64,000 nucleotides of DNA from the human T2T-CHM13v2.0 reference genome, Homo sapiens (GCF_009914755.1 NC_060936.1); one strand, 5' to 3'; counted from the stretch's first letter, positions 44,798 to 59,462 are shown. The notes: generated from the sequence alone by a model not told the origin. Translations and numbers: made by a program.

Positions 44798-45584
44798 ACC
44801 CTGTTTCTTCTTTGTTTTGCCCCATCTACCTCCTTCCCTTTGCTTGGCTTTCTTTCCCTGCACTTGTCTGACTGCTGGCCGAAGGTTCCAAGCCCTGTGG
44901 GCAGGTTGGGTCCTGGACCCTGTTCTCCGCCCCTCAGCCCGTGCTCTGTTCTTCTCCAGGCAGGCGGAAAGCTGTACCCTGCTTCCCAGCTCAGAGCCCA
45001 GGGCTACAGGCTGTGGACGCCCTGAGGAGGGTTTCTCTGGGCCTGCTCCCCCACCCTCCCTACACGCTGTGCCCCAGCCCCTCCCCAGAACCCACATCTG
45101 GCCCAAGTGCTCAGTTTTCTGGGCTGTAAATTGCCTCCCGCTGCCCCTTGGCATCCTCTCAGGTTTCAGCTTCATGGCTGTTTTGCTTTTGGTGGGGGGC
45201 GGTGTCCAGGGAAGGCTCAGCTTGTTTCCTCTCTTCCTCTGTCTGAGACCATGGAGAGAAATCCTTGGCAGGGTTGTTCTCGATCCTTCCGTCCAAGTGT
45301 TGGTGAGCTGTGGTTTTCAGCAGGTGGCTGAGTAGGAACCAGTTCTAATTAGATTTCCCCCTTTTCTGTTCACACCTCCCCCTCCCCCTCCTCCCCTCAC
45401 CCTGCCAGTGGCCAGCCTTCCCCAAGTGTCCCCTGCCGTGCAGTGGAGGGGCTTGCAGTCGGCCAGCCTGGGGATGGTGGGATTCGCTTCAGGCTGCGCT
45501 GCCCTCTGCTCCTTCTTGACCTGGCCCTTGGCCTAATGCTCAGCCTCAAGGGTCCCCTCAACTCCCTGCATCCCCTCAGATAAC

Positions 45585-45866
45585 TTTTCCTTTTTTTCTT
45601 TTTTTTGAGACAGGGTCTTGCTCTGTCACCCAGGCTGGGGTGCAGTGGTGTGACTCCCAGGCTCAAGCCGTTCTCCCACCTCCACCTCCCGAGTAGCTGG
45701 GACCACAGGTGTGAGCCACTATGCCCAGCTCATTTTTTTGTATTTTTGGTAGAGATAGGGTTTCACCATGCTGCCCAGGCTGGTCTCAAACTCCTGAGCT
45801 CAGGTGATCCACCTCCCTCGGCCTCCCCTAGTGTTAGGATTACAGGCAGGAGCCACCGTGCCTGGC
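45585..45866 (-). mobile_element. AluJ
   Basis: Reverse Alu with an internal deletion. Confidence 0.85.
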
Positions 45867-48789
45867 CTCAGATAGCTTTTATGTTCCTTCACAGCAGGTG
45901 ACTCTCTAGCTCCTGCAGCTGACCGTCAGGGGCTCAGGCCGTTGCACCCACGTGGCCTCCCCAGGAGCATGGCAACCATCAGCTCCAGCTGGTCCCTGGG
46001 CAGATCCACTCTCCCCGCTGCAGAATTTGCTTTGCACTATCGCCTTAGCTCATCCACACACCTGGGGAAGCCTGCTTGCTTAGGCCTAGGAAGGGTATCT
46101 CAGGGCAGCCACCAGGACAGTCGGGTGCAAGTAATCATCAGATTACTACCCAGAGCGTGGCCCGTGGACCTGGGCTGATCTGTAAGGAATTAAGTCCTGG
46201 AGTGGAAAGCGTGCATTTAGTAATGCTGTAGCGGTTGACCTGGCCCTGACATTTTATGTTGTTTAGTGTTTCCCAGGGGTAGCTCCAGGGGAGTCTCGGA
46301 ATTTGGTGGTTGGTACCAAGGAAACTTGTAGGGATTTTTAGTCGACACTGAAGGACTTCTGTCATCGAACAAGGTACGGGCCAGTTTGGGTGTTGTTGAA
46401 ATCTGGAGGAGAGTCATGTGTGGTGCGAAACAGGTCACAGTAGGATCATGCACTGGCCCGGGATGGACGGGAAATAGAAAGCCTGGCACTGGCCACGGAT
46501 CAGCTGAGAAGTGCTGCCCTCTGCATCCCAGGCCTGCAGAGGAGTCCCTGCAGGGAAGTTCAGAGGGTTTCTTAGGAGCAGCTGAAGGGATTTTTAGATT
46601 TGGTATGGGGTGGTGAGGAGGCGTTTGGGGTTCGATGATGAATGCCCAAGGAAAGTTCAGGATTTCTTGGGGGAATTGGAATGAGGAAGATTTGTAGTTT
46701 GGTGTGGGAAGTCAAAGGGTAGTTTGGAGTTTGAGGTAGGAGGACTCAGGGATGTTTGGGGTGTGGGGGCCCACAGGGAAGGCTCAGGGAGGGCACAGAA
46801 TGCTGTGAGGTTCCTGGGAAAGCCCAGGGGAAGAGTGGGTTCAGGAGTGTGGACCAGGGGAGGTTTGGAGGTGACAGTGGGAGGCTGAGGAGAGATTTGG
46901 GGTTTTACTTGCCAGGTGGAAGGGCGTTTGGATGTGTCTAGATTAAGGACCAAGGGTGTTTTGGGTTATTGGAGAAGGCTGAAGGGAAGGCTGGGTGGGG
47001 AAGGGCTGTGGGAAGTGTTGGGGTTCATAGTAGGGGAGGGAGGGGGAATTTTTGGGTTCCATGCATGGGGCCAGAGGGGAGCCGTGAGATTCAGTTGACG
47101 AGGACCACGCGGCTTTGGGGTCCTCGCCAAAGGAGAGGTTTGAGTTTTGCCTTTCCCAGGGTTAGCTCAGCTTCCACAGTCTCTGTCGGCTCTCAAATAC
47201 CCCGTGTCAGGAGGAAGTCTAAAGGAATCTTAACCTGTCCCCTTCAGACCTGCTCCTTGGTGCCAGAACCTTCTTCCTCCCTCAGCTTCCCCAACTCTCT
47301 CCACACAAAGGCAGCTGTGGCATGCTGTGAGAGCACACAGGGATCTTAACTCAGGGTGACACCCAGTGGCTTTTCCAGCCTGTTCGCCTCGGTCTCCCAG
47401 CCTGGTGGTGATGGCTATCCGGCCGGCCTCTGCAGCGCACGGTGATGCCCTGGTCTCTGCCAGCTCACCTTCCTCCTGCCCCGGGCCCTGCTCCTCTGAG
47501 GCCCACACATCTTTCTAGGGCCAGCAGGAGTCCTGTGTCTTTGAGGAGGCCGTGCGTGACCCCGTCACCCAGTGGCCTGTCCCTCATTCCGTGCCCTCAT
47601 TTGCCCTTGGCTGTGTCTCGGCTGCAGCTGCGCTTGTGTTTTGCCCTGACTCCTCGGTGTGCACGTGTCTCTCCAAGTCCTAGATGGTGGCACCCCAGAG
47701 GCTGGGCTGCGCGGCCTCTGTGTTGTATCTTAGCTGCTGGGGAAATGCAAGGCCGCTGGTCTAAAGGCTTTTCTCTGAGTTGGGGCCACCCATGCTTAGT
47801 CCCCACCCACCAAGCCTGGCCCAGACCTGTTCTGTGGGCTGCTCTTGCTTTTCCCCTTTGCAGGAATAGCCCCACATCAGAACAAGTCACCTCCTCCCAG
47901 TGGCAGCCACCTCAGACTTGGATGCAAGGACCCCATCCCAAGTTGTCCCTATAAGTTTCTCCTGTGCCCGGAAGCCGACTTCCTCTGTCTGGCGCTTTCC
48001 CATGTGGCCAGCAGGTGCATAGCAAGGCTTGGTGTCAGGCATTGCACTAAGTGTCTTACCATGGCCAGGTGCTCACAGGAATCCTGTGTGACAGGTGCCT
48101 TCTATGGAGGAGGAGACCAAGGCACAGAGAGGTTAAGGAAGCTGCCCAGTGTCACACAGACTGAGATTGTCACCGCTCTGCCTGACTGCTGCTGGGGTGA
48201 CGCTGCTGGGCCCAGATGCCCTCCAGGGAGCCCGCTGCCTGCTGTCCTCCCTCACTGCAGCCTTTATTTTACCATGGAGTGTCCCCACCCAGCCACACCA
48301 CTGGGCTTCCCACTTGGCAACTGAGTTTCCCCTTTTTCTCTGTCTGGGGACCCCTCCTCCTTTCCTTGGAAACTGAATGGGGCTCACGTTGGCCCCTCTG
48401 TGTGGGCCCCCTCCTCGCCTCTCGCCTCCTCCCTTCCCTGAGAAGGGCTGAAACCATTCCCAGGCTGGCCCTAGATGTGGGACAAGGGCTGTGGGATGAA
48501 AGGTGATATATAAATGTAAGGCGATGATTATTTATTTGACAGGGACAGCTGCCTGTGGTAAAAAATCTAATCTAGTAATCCTTTTGTGAAAATCGGATCC
48601 GAGGCTCAGCAAGCCGCCTGAGACAGCAAAAGGCCACGTTCCCTCCCTGCTCGCCCCTGCCCCCCGCGCCATGCTCTTACTCCTGGTGCCCCGCATCCCT
48701 GCCCCCGGGTGCCTGCGGTGCGTATCTCCCTGTGTGCGTGCTGCACCTGTGCATATGTGCTCTTGCTTTTGCTTTTTTGGGTTGTTGTT

Positions 48790-50100
48790 AACATCCTACA
48801 TAATCATAGGACAACTGTCAAAACCAAGAAGTTAACATTGGAATAGCGTTATTAACAATAGATTTTATTTAGATTTCACTGTTCCCACGAGCGCCCTTTT
48901 TCTGTACCAGGAGCCTCCATTGCGTTGAGTTGTCCTGTCTCCTTAGGCTCCTCCGTCCTGCGACAGTTCCTTAGTTTCTCCAGATCTTTCATGACCTTGA
49001 CAGTGGTGAGGAGTGCTGCTCGGTCACTCTGCAGGACGGTTTTTCACTCTGGCTCTGTCTGGCATTTTCTCATGGTTAGACTGAGGTTCTTTGTCTTTGG
49101 AGAGACCACTGTGGCATGGTGACGTGTCCTTCTAGGTGTGTGGCATCAAGGGGAATGTGATGTCTGTGTGTCTTATTACTGGTGATGATGCCCTGCTCAC
49201 TTGGAGAAGGTGATGTCTGCCAGGTATCTCCCGTATATAAAGTGGCCCCTTTTTCTTTATAATTAATAATATTTATAGTTATATTAATTATAATTAATAA
49301 TATTTATAATTATATTAATTATAATTAATACACCATTAATGTCTTGAGGGCAGGCACTTTGAAACTGTCCTGGTTTTTTCTCAAACCTTTGCTCACTAAT
49401 TTTAGCATCCATCAGGGGTTTTTGCTTGCAGCTCTTATAATTGTGGTGTTTGCCTAATGGTAATTTTCTGTTTCCCTCATTTCTTCTGCATTTATTAATT
49501 GGAATTCTCCAAGAAGGAAGAGCTATTTCTTCTGTCCCACTTATTTATTCAATTAGTTATTTTTATCATTACAGACTCATGGATATTTATTTACTTCACA
49601 GATAAAAAGTATAAATGTATGGATATAGGATATATAATAAATATCAGGATATATATTTTATCCTATAGGTTAGAGTTACAGGAACAGCACAATAGATATT
49701 TATTTTGTTGTTCAACTTGCTGCAGCCTTGGCCATGGGAAGCTCTAGGGAGCACTTTCAGATGGGCTTCTGTGCCCTTTGGTGTATTCCTGTCTTTTCTG
49801 GAGCTCTTCCTTACTTTCTGGCACAAGATGCTCCGGGTCGTGTTATGTTTCTCCTGCCCCAGGCCTGAATCAATCACTTCTCTAAGGAGCTCTGCTTCTT
49901 TTTGCTGGAGCATGGTGTTTAGAAACCAAGATCTAGGTGCTAGGTGCGTTCATTGCTACTGGGGTGTCATTGCTTCTAGGTCCTCTCAGAGAATAGAACT
50001 AAGAAATAGATGTATGTCAACCCAGGCATGGACACATATCTGTATCTCTGTTGTTCTGTTTATTTGTGTTTATATTTACAAAATCACGAGTGTGTGCTGA
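48790..50100 (-). mobile_element. L1MC/MD-like 3' UTR
   Basis: GTCAAAACCAAGAAGTTAACATTGG...GGAATTCTCCAAGAAGGAAGAGC...GGTGTTTAGAAACCAAGATCTAGG. Confidence 0.8.
49258..49330. repeat. AT-rich 31-bp tandem repeat (~2.3 copies), quasi-palindromic
   Basis: TATAATTAATAATATTTATA(G/A)TTATATTAAT repeated. Confidence 0.85.
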
Positions 50101-50102
50101 TA

Positions 50103-50421
50103 TATTTATTTATTTATTTATTTTTTATTTATTTTACTCTTTTGAGACAGTCTTGCTGTCACCCAGGCTGGAGTGCAGTGGTGCGATCTTGGCTCAGTGC
50201 AACCTCCACCTGCTAGGTTCAGGTGATTCTTCTGCCTCAGCCACCCTAGTAGCTGGGATTACAGGCACCTGCCACCACGCCCGGCTAATTTTTGTATTTT
50301 TAGTAGTGACAGGGTTTCACCATGTTGGCCAGGCTGGTCTTGAACTCTTGACCTCAAGTGATCTGTCTACCTTGGCCTCCCAAAGTGCTGGGGTTACAGG
50401 TGTGAGCCACTGTGCCTGGCC
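50103..50421 (-). mobile_element. AluS with (TTTA)n tail
   Basis: Reverse Alu. Confidence 0.92.
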
Positions 50422-50424
50422 AGT

Positions 50425-50695
50425 GAGTGGTATCCCTATAAGAGGGACACAGGAAGCACCATGTGATGACAGAGACGGAGGCACAGGTTGGAGCAATGTT
50501 CCTGCCAAGGATTCCCAGCAATGACCAGAAGCTAGAAAGAGGCCAGGAAGGATCTTCCCCTAGAGGCTGCAGAGGGAGCCTCTGCCAATGCCTCCATTCT
50601 GCACTTCCAGCCCCCAGAACCGCGAGACCGTAAATCCCTACTGTTGAAGCCTCCCAGCTCGGGGTACTTTGCTGCAGTGGCTCCGGGAATCACAT
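50425..50695 (+). mobile_element. MLT1 (MaLR) LTR fragment
   Basis: CCAGAAGCTAGAAAGAGGCCAGGAAGGATCTTCCCCTAGAG...CTTCCAGCCCCCAGAAC. Confidence 0.8.
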
Positions 50696-53593
50696 GGAGT
50701 GGTTTCTAGTGGGGGTTGCAGGTGCGGGCAGCTTCTGTCAGGCTCCTGCCTGAGATCATCCTCTCTCACATCTGGGTAGCCCTGGGCTGCGCCCTGAGAA
50801 GTGAACACAGAGGCTAGTGCTAGCATGTCAGCCATGGCCAGGTGCCCCTTCAGTGAGGCTTGTGTTTGGGCAAAATTAGAACCCAAAAAGCTTGCATTTA
50901 AACCATAGCTGCTGATGATATTTGTCCCTTTTCCCTATTCCCCCAGACCTTTATGTTACGAGGATAATCTGATCATCAAATTGTGTTTCTTAGCATTTAA
51001 TTGGACTTCAAATCAGTTGCATTGCTTTGTTTCCTTGTGCAGAGAGCTCAAGGGCACCTCCTAGGAAATGTCCCTCCTTGATTTCACACATCAAGGTCAT
51101 TCCTAGGGCTCCTTTTTCTTCCCCCCACTCCCTTGTGAGCACACAGTGCGTGCAGCAGCCCTCGGCGTCCTCTGGTGGATGACGCGTTTGTCAACTGCTT
51201 GGACCGTGAGGCCCTCCGGTCAGGACCGCGACTGCCCTTGCATTCACCTCTAGACTCTTGAGCACGTGCACAGCTCTCAGTGCCAGCTCAAGGCTCTCTC
51301 CCGTTGTGTCCTCCCTGACTGCCAGTCCATGGTGCTCTTGTTCTTCCTTGGCAGTGCTCTTGTTTGGGAAATGACCTTTTTGTGTGAACTTGTTTTGACG
51401 TGCCAGCTTGATGAAGAGCTCCTCCAGGGCCAGGGTCCTCCCGTCCCTAGGAGGTGTTCAGCTAGGGTTTGCTGTGGATTTCCTCCTTTTTGATACCCGT
51501 GGGCAGAGGAGCACCCACCTCAGTACATCTTGCTGAGTTTGGGGCAGAAGACTCAAGTGCATATGGGGAAACTGAGTCCCAGGTGAAGAGAAACTCACTC
51601 GTCACCCTGAATTCTAATAGCACATACACAGTGAGGGCAGAAGAACAGGGACCAGGTGTCCAGAGCTTCCCAGCAGTCCTCTCTGCCAGGATCATCCTGT
51701 CCTGCTCATTCCTCATTTTTCTGTCCAGATGGCTGGGGGAAGGCGTGGCTGGCATCCGCCAAGGTGATGCATGAACACATGGGGTTCAGAGCAGAGAGGG
51801 CTCAGACCATTTGGGGTGTCAGGCTGGGAAATCGGAAATGAAAGGCCTGGCGTGGTGGCCAGCAAAACCTCCTCCTGGTGCAGTGTTCCGAAATCACCTG
51901 TGGTGGGTTTCATTAGCATGGGCACAGGGGAGGGAAGGCCTCTTGGCAGGCAGAAGAGACAGATGGGCTGCAGGCACTGGCTTGGCCTTGCGAGCGAGCC
52001 ACGGGGCACGCGGGGCCTGGCGGTGGCCTTCCACCACGAGGCTCCCGCAGGCACAGGCACGAGGACGCTTTCCCACTTTGAGGCTGTGAGCTCCCCCGGC
52101 AAGCCCACTCCCCTCCTGGACCTCAGTCTTGTCATCTGTAAAATGAGAAGATTGGGCCAGGCGATCTTTGAGGTCTCTCTGGCCCTGACAGCCTAGATTT
52201 ATGACCCGTGGCCATCAGGGGAGTGGTGACTAGGTTTGTGGTCAGTGGCAAAGGGGCAGGAGGGCGCTGGGATGCGAGGTCAGGGGATGGAGCCCGTTGG
52301 AGGAGGACAGCTTCCCCTGGGTGTCTCAAGGCCCTCGGGGAGCTTAGGGTGGGGAGACTGTGTGGAGATGGTGGTCTCTGAAAAGAGGGCTTTTCTTCCT
52401 CCATAGTCCCCTGACAGTTTGGTTTTCATTCTGCCCACCTGTCTGTCTACCCTCCGTCTCTCCTACCAGTATCTGTGGAGCACCTCCTGTGCAGGGAACA
52501 CAGCTGTGCACGAGACAGACAAGGTCCTTGCTTTCATGGAATCCAAGATCCGATTGATGAAGACAGGCATTAGACAAACAGTTCACAAATAGTTAATTAC
52601 ACTTGGAATAAGTTTAAATGCCTCTGTGCGCTCTGCTCTTCCTCCTTGATCTTACTTTTCTGCTGCCTCCACTCTCCTCCTCTTTCCTGCCTCCTTATCT
52701 TTCTCCACCTGCTTTGTGTCTATGGCCTTTCTCCACCCACCCAGTGCTGAGATCTTCCTGGGATTCTGTGCTCTCTAGGCCAGCAATGCAAAAAGCTATA
52801 GATCTTGACCTTTCTGCTTGTGCGTCTGGACATTCTCTGGGAGGAGAATGGTGGTGGATCCCGTGGCCTCCTGAAAGGGGTGTGGGTAGATTGTAAGCTT
52901 TGGGGCCATGCTTTTTTGGGTTTGCATTCAGATTGTGACACTTACAAGCTTGCACAAGTCCCTTATCTTCTCTGAGCCTCAGTTTCCTCATCGGAAAATG
53001 GGTTTAACCACACTCACCTTTCAGTAGTATTTTGGACATCAAATGGGTAGATGTAAGTGAAAGTTCATTGTTGGTACCTTGATTTTAAGGTGTTTGATTA
53101 AAACTAGCATTCTCTCCCCTTTTCTCCTTACTTCCTTTCTGCAGGGTATGTAGTGAGATATTTTTGAGTTTAGGGTGGAGACTGGAAGCAGGGGAGCCCT
53201 GGCCCTCTGCAGGTCACGCTCCAGCCTGGAACCCAGGTGAGGTATGGAGGAGCTGCTGGGCAGCAGGAGGCAGGGACCACGGTCCCTGCCCTGGGATGAG
53301 GAGCCCGCCAGGGGCTGGAGAGAATGACAGGCGTCCCATGTATCCCAAAAATGCAGTGTGGTGTGACAGCTGCCTGCTGCATCCTGCTGAGTGTTGGGGC
53401 CCGGGAGACCCTCGCCGAGGAGCAAGGTTGGTGGTGGGCATGCTGCAGCCTGAGTCCTGGTGGCATCTCCACCGACGCGACGGGAAGTGGCCTCTCCCTC
53501 CTTCAGGATCGCCCCCACCTTCCCTGCCCACTTCCAGATTCAGTTTGAGCCACCTAGGGCCTGTTCTGCCCCCGAAGAGAGAGAACCAGCCAG

Positions 53594-53797
53594 CCCAGTG
53601 CTGCAACGATGGAAGTGTTCTGTTCTGTACCGCCCAGTACAGTAGCCACCGGCTACATGTGGCCGTTGAGCATTGAAAATGGGACTGAAAATGCCCCAAG
53701 GAGCTGGATTTTAAATTTTATTCAGTTTTAACTTAAAATGGAAATGTAGGTGGCCACATGTTGCTAGTGGCTGCCACGTCGGACGGTACTGTTCTAG
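53594..53797. mobile_element. MER3 (hAT-Charlie)
   Basis: GATGGAAGTGTTCTG...GTAGCCACCGGCTACATGTGGCCGTTGAGCA...GCCACATGTTGCTAGTGGCT. Confidence 0.8.
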
Positions 53798-56700
53798 ACC
53801 AGTAGTTTTCACCTGCAGTGTTGGCTCACACTGGTGGGTGCCCTTTGGTGAGAGGTGCGTTGTGAGTGCCTTGTTCTTAGTAAGAGATTACTAAGCTGTG
53901 TGAGTGGTGTACACATATGTGGAGTCGGGTGGGTCGGGGGGCACAGCTTGGCAGATAAAGGATGGGCTCCTGCAAGTCTAATCTGGGTACATTTGGAGAT
54001 CGAGTGGAGGGTCTGGATAGGGGAGAAGGAGGAGAGAAGTCTCAAGCACTTCATTCATCCTGGAGACAAAGCGCAAAACTAGGGAAGGAATTTTGAGCAG
54101 TGATTCCTTTGAAAGAAAGGGAGGAAGGGCATACATCCCAGGGCCATTGGCTAAAGCACTGTATGGATTCTATAGGGGCTGGAGGAGACCTGAGGCACTA
54201 GTGTGTAGCCTGCTCATTTTACAGATAAGGAAACTGAGGCCCATCATACATTGGACCAGAATCTGAGAACTACCCTGTAAAGTAAATTATCTGCCTCATT
54301 TTGCAGCAGATAATTGCAGAGAAACTGGAAATCAAAGCCATTGGGCATTTTAGTGGAACCAAGTTTTGGTCCCAAGTCAGTCCAGAGTCACAAGCTGAAT
54401 TTCTCAGACTCTCAGGCCAACACCCACACTGCCAGCTCATGGCATCCTTTCCAGCAGCTCGGGCTGGGTTCAGGATGCTGGGGTTCCTCCTTCAGCACCT
54501 GCGGCCTGTGAGGTGGCCAGCGGTGGGGCTGTGGCTGGCAGGGTATGGAACGTGGGCAGGGAGCGTGGCCGTGGTTGTGTGGGGCTGTCTGCTCCAGGGC
54601 CTAGAGCGTGCACATGACCACACTGCCAAGTGGCCCTGCTCTTTGTGGAATCCAGAGACGACTGCCTGAAAGGGACCAGGAGGGACAAGGGAGCAAGGTC
54701 AGAGTGGAGCCGAATGCTCATATTCCACTCCTTACAGAGCAGCACTCAGAGGAGACCTGAGTCTCTGCATCCTCTCCAGCTCGGCTGGGAAGCTGCCCAG
54801 GCGGGGGAGGGACTGCCCCATCCAGCTGTTGTCCACCTCCCAGCCTCCCCACGGCTGCAGCTGTCCCAGCTCCATCAGTCACGTCCAAGGCTGGGTGGGA
54901 GGAGGGGATGAGGAGAAGAGGGGGCCTCTCGGGCGTGCCTGGCCGAGGTAACTTTGGCTCCTGCCTCTAAGGAGGTCTCCAGTTGCTGAGGGAAGAGGGG
55001 AGGGTGGTGGCTGCCTCCTGGATCCTGGGTAAATTGTGGGGTGTGGGTAGCTCAGCTTTCAGCCCCCCGCCATTTGTCTCTCTGGGAGGGCCAGTGTTTT
55101 ATTGAAAAGAATAGAAATGGTCGAATTCTTCCTTCATCTACATCTAACAAGTTCTTTTGGCACTTCTTAGCTTTGCTGTAGTTTTTGTGAATGAATAAAT
55201 GAAGGGCTCCTCACCTGCCTCCAGGGTAGGGAGATGGGGTCTTTGTTTCTTCCGGCTTACTGGTTTGATGATGGTCAGGCCCTGTGTGTAGGGGCTGGAC
55301 TTGGGGAGTGTGAGCTGTAAGGATGGGTGTATTTTGTCCTCCAAGTGTGGCAGGAAGGAGGGAGATGCCCATCCTGGCATTACCATTTTCTGCAGCCAGA
55401 TACATGCCTTGCCTTCTTCTCTCTTTTTTACCTGAAATTCAGCAGAGTCCTTGAAGTCTCTAACAACCTTGCATTCTTCAGAAGCTAAAGAGAGATGCAA
55501 AGAGAGAAGTGGTCCTCTTTCTTGGCCAGACCTCAGTTTGCCAGCCTGAAGAATGGAGAAGCATTGCCACCTGTCTCAGTCCAACAGACAACAGCATCAT
55601 GGTGTAAAGAGTTGATTTGAGCCCTTTGGAAAAAAGGCCCTAGGGGAGAGGCACTTATTTTGTTTTTATTCTGAGCTTTATCTGATCTCAACACAGGACA
55701 GGATGGGTGTTAGCCAAGTAATAGCCACCAGTGATTCAAGACCTGGCTTGGAGTTAGAGACATCTGGGGAGCTTTTCAATAATTCAGGCTCCTGGGCCCC
55801 CATCCCAGATCTTCTGAGTCTGAAGCTCTGGGAACGGGGGCAGAAAGCTGTATTTCGAAAAGCTTCCCACATGATTTTGATGCAAAGGTAGGTTTGCCCC
55901 TTTGAGGAGAAATCCCTTGCTGAACAGATATTCGTAAGTGCTTTTCTCTGAAGTATGCCTGACTTTGGGAGCATTTGTTAATTGATGTATTCATCCAGCC
56001 AGCAGACATGTAGTGAACGCCCATGGCGTGCCAGACACAGCTCTGGGCAGAGGGGTGTGGGCAGGATTAGGTGGAGTGTTCTTCCCTCAGGGAGGGCACA
56101 GTCCAGTTTGGGAGACAGACAGCACCAGCAGTGACAATGTAGCATGAAAGGTGAGGTGTGGGAGATGCCCGCTGGGCCCGTTACATTTGGCTGGACTTCA
56201 GAGAATATGTCTCGGCCTCCCTCGGTCTGTTTCCGCCCCTCTGCCAGTTATAGGCTTAATACCCTTTTTATGTGTATTTGAACAGAATAGGGCACATAGC
56301 TGACTTGATGCTGATGCCCAGAGAGATTAGGGGGCTTGACTAAGGCCGCACAGTGAGTTAGTATTTTGTTGATGGGGGGCAGGAATGGGGAGGGTTTCCT
56401 TTGAAAAATCTGTGTCATAAAACCCCTAAATGGATTGTAGTATATATGGGCTCTGCAGGTGGCAGGCAGACATGGTGTCAGTCTTGGTTTCAGTCTGTGG
56501 CCCGGTGTGAATCTTTGGTTTCTTGTCTACATGCTGAGGCTGATATATACGCACGTTGCTGCTGGTTCTTAGAATTAGAGATATGGTATGGTTGGCCCAT
56601 GCTAGGTGCTCAATGAATGCCAGCTTTTCTTCTCTGCCGTTGTATTTGGTGTCTTAAGTGAGGAGAGTATGCTTTTTGGGGCCTCAGACTCTCTGAGCCC

Positions 56701-57615
56701 TCCTTCTAGCTGGGGGTTGCCTTAGCTAATTCCCACTTACGAGCTGATTTCAGGGTGCTGAGTTCCAGGCCCTGCAGGAGATCGAATGCTGCCCCTTCTT
56801 CACCCCACGCCTGGCCTGGCCTTGGGGAGCCCTCCCCTGTCCTGTGCCTTTTAACTCAATACTCCCTGACAGCCCCATGCAAATTGCTAGAGCACTCAGA
56901 ACGCCTCATTTCTCATAAGGCCCCTTCATCCAAGCCTTTGTCCTTCCGCTCAACGTTAAACTCTGTCAACATTTTTTCCCAATGAAGTTCTTCCTCCCTC
57001 TGCAGCGTCCCCAGCCTCCAGCCAGCTTCGCTAGCCAGGGACACAATTGGATTGCAATTTCTAGCACTTCCTGGAGATCAGGTCCCTGAAGAGCTATAAA
57101 AATCCAGCGGTGTTTCTGGCCACCTTTCCATGTGGTTTGTAGTGCACTGTCAGTCACACACGCCTGCAGAGCATGTGTGTGTTTGTGTTTGCACACGTGT
57201 GTGCATGTGTGTGAGTGGGTGCATGCATGCATGTGTATTTGGCTTTAAGGGAGGCTCTCATATTGCATTACCTATGTTGCTAGTTTCTGGCTGCCAGTTT
57301 GCATTTCTTAGGCGGATTTTCTGATTCCAGGCTCGGGAGGGCTCCCCTGCACTGTATGTAATTGGGCACGAAGCCCGTGGTGGGGTGGATTTGGGTAATG
57401 ACAGGGCTGCATTCCTCCCATTCTTTTCTCACAGGAAAAAGTGCCTGGATATAACCCTGTGGTGGGGATTGCTTACAGGAGGGGCCGGCTGCCTGCCACC
57501 AGCCTTCACATTTGGCCCCTGTCGGCCCCCTCCAGCCTTGCCCTCCCACCTCCCCTCAAGGCAGATGCCACCAGCTGGGTGGGCACTGGGGCTGCGCATG
57601 CCCCCTCAGTGATTA

Positions 57616-58002
<387 letters not shown>

Positions 58003-58602
58003 TCAGGCGTAAGTAAATTTCCTGCAAATGGGATGCCTGCTGGAGGGGGCTGTGATTTGCTGCTTGGCGCAGACAACTCTGAGGAATTTTTCCTCTCCAG
58101 CTCTCATTCCCTTGGGGAATTCATGGCGGGGAATCTCTCCCTGGGGAGTCTGACCAGCTTGGAAGGAGGTAAGGCAAGGAGGGCTTCCTGTTTTCCAAGG
58201 CACCCCCCTCTGTCATAGCTCATAGGGAAGCAGCTGCCACTTCCCAGCCCTCCTTGCCTGGCCACCAGGGAGGCTGCTGCGGGGTCAGCCCTCCTGATTG
58301 TCAGCAGGATCCTGGCACCCAGCTCCTCCCTCACCTGCCACAGGGTTTGGCCTGATGCCAGGGTGGGCTGGGATTTGGCATCCCACCGGCCCCTCTTTTT
58401 GGAAGGTCCTGTGGCAGTCCTTCTGTCCTTCTGACACACCTGCCCCCACTTGGCAAGCAGCCTTCCCCTGAGATCTAGTTCCTGAGTGTCCCCAGCGATG
58501 GACACAGTGAAACATGTATTGAAAAGAATGAGGGAAGGACAGTCTTGGGGGAGAATGCTGGACTGGCTGTTTCTAGCCTAGAGGCTGTCGTCAGAGCCCC
58601 GT

Positions 58603-58907
58603 TCTTTTCTTTTCTTTCTTTTTTGAGACGGAGTCTCGCTCTGTTGCCCAGGCTGGTGTGCAGTGGCGCGATCTTGGCTCACTGCAACCTCCGCCTCCCA
58701 GGTTCAAGCAATTCTCCCTGCCCCCGCCTCTCAAGTAGCTGGGACTACAAATGCCTACCACTATGCCCGGCTAATTTTTACATTTTTAAATAGAGATGGG
58801 GTTTCACCATGTTGGCCAGGCTGGTCTTGAACTCCTGACCTCAGGTGATCCACCCGCCTTGGCCTCCCAAAGTGCTGAGATTACAGGTGTGAGCCACCAC
58901 GCCCAGC
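58603..58907 (-). mobile_element. AluS
   Basis: Full-length reverse Alu flanked by GAGCCCC repeats. Confidence 0.92.
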
Positions 58908-59462
58908 TGAGCCCCCTTCTTTTCTTATGCTGCATCAGAAGACAGGGACTCTGAAACCACAGCAGAAATGACAGAGCAGCAGAGGCGCACACACACCTGA
59001 CGGGTGGGGGCCCCAGGACGGCATCTGTGCTCAGTGCGAACGCTGAGCTTCCTTTTATGGTGCGTGCACGCCTGCGCGTGTGTGGGGTGTGGTGGTGGTG
59101 GTGGTGGTGCAGGGCAGGCCTTCCTTGAAGCCCTCTTCAGACTGATTTGTGACACCTTTTCCTTGTGCCTTACCCCTGTGGGAGTCCCGGAAGGGCCTGA
59201 ACAAAGCAGACATTTCCTGCCTAGCCCTTATCATCATGTGCTAGTTTATTTCAGGGTCAGGAGCTATTGGGCATTTTAAAAAAATACTTATCATATAAGT
59301 AATGCCGTATAATAGGAACACAAATCAAAGAAATAGGGGTATAAAATACCTGACAAACCTGCCATCATGACAAATCAGTTTTTTATTTTCCATGATGCCT
59401 TCAGTCTGTATTTGCTTGCAAACATAATTTTTTTTTACATGGTTATAGTCAATAATGTAGAT

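Noticed and set aside
42511-45335. Longest ORFs (251, 193, 176, 172 aa)
   Set aside because: GC-rich chance ORFs overlapping on both strands, partly running into MIR/Alu, with no recognisable domain or exon structure.
51320-51340. REST/RE1 site (GTCCATGGTGCT)
   Set aside because: Only the central 12 nt match; key flanking positions differ.
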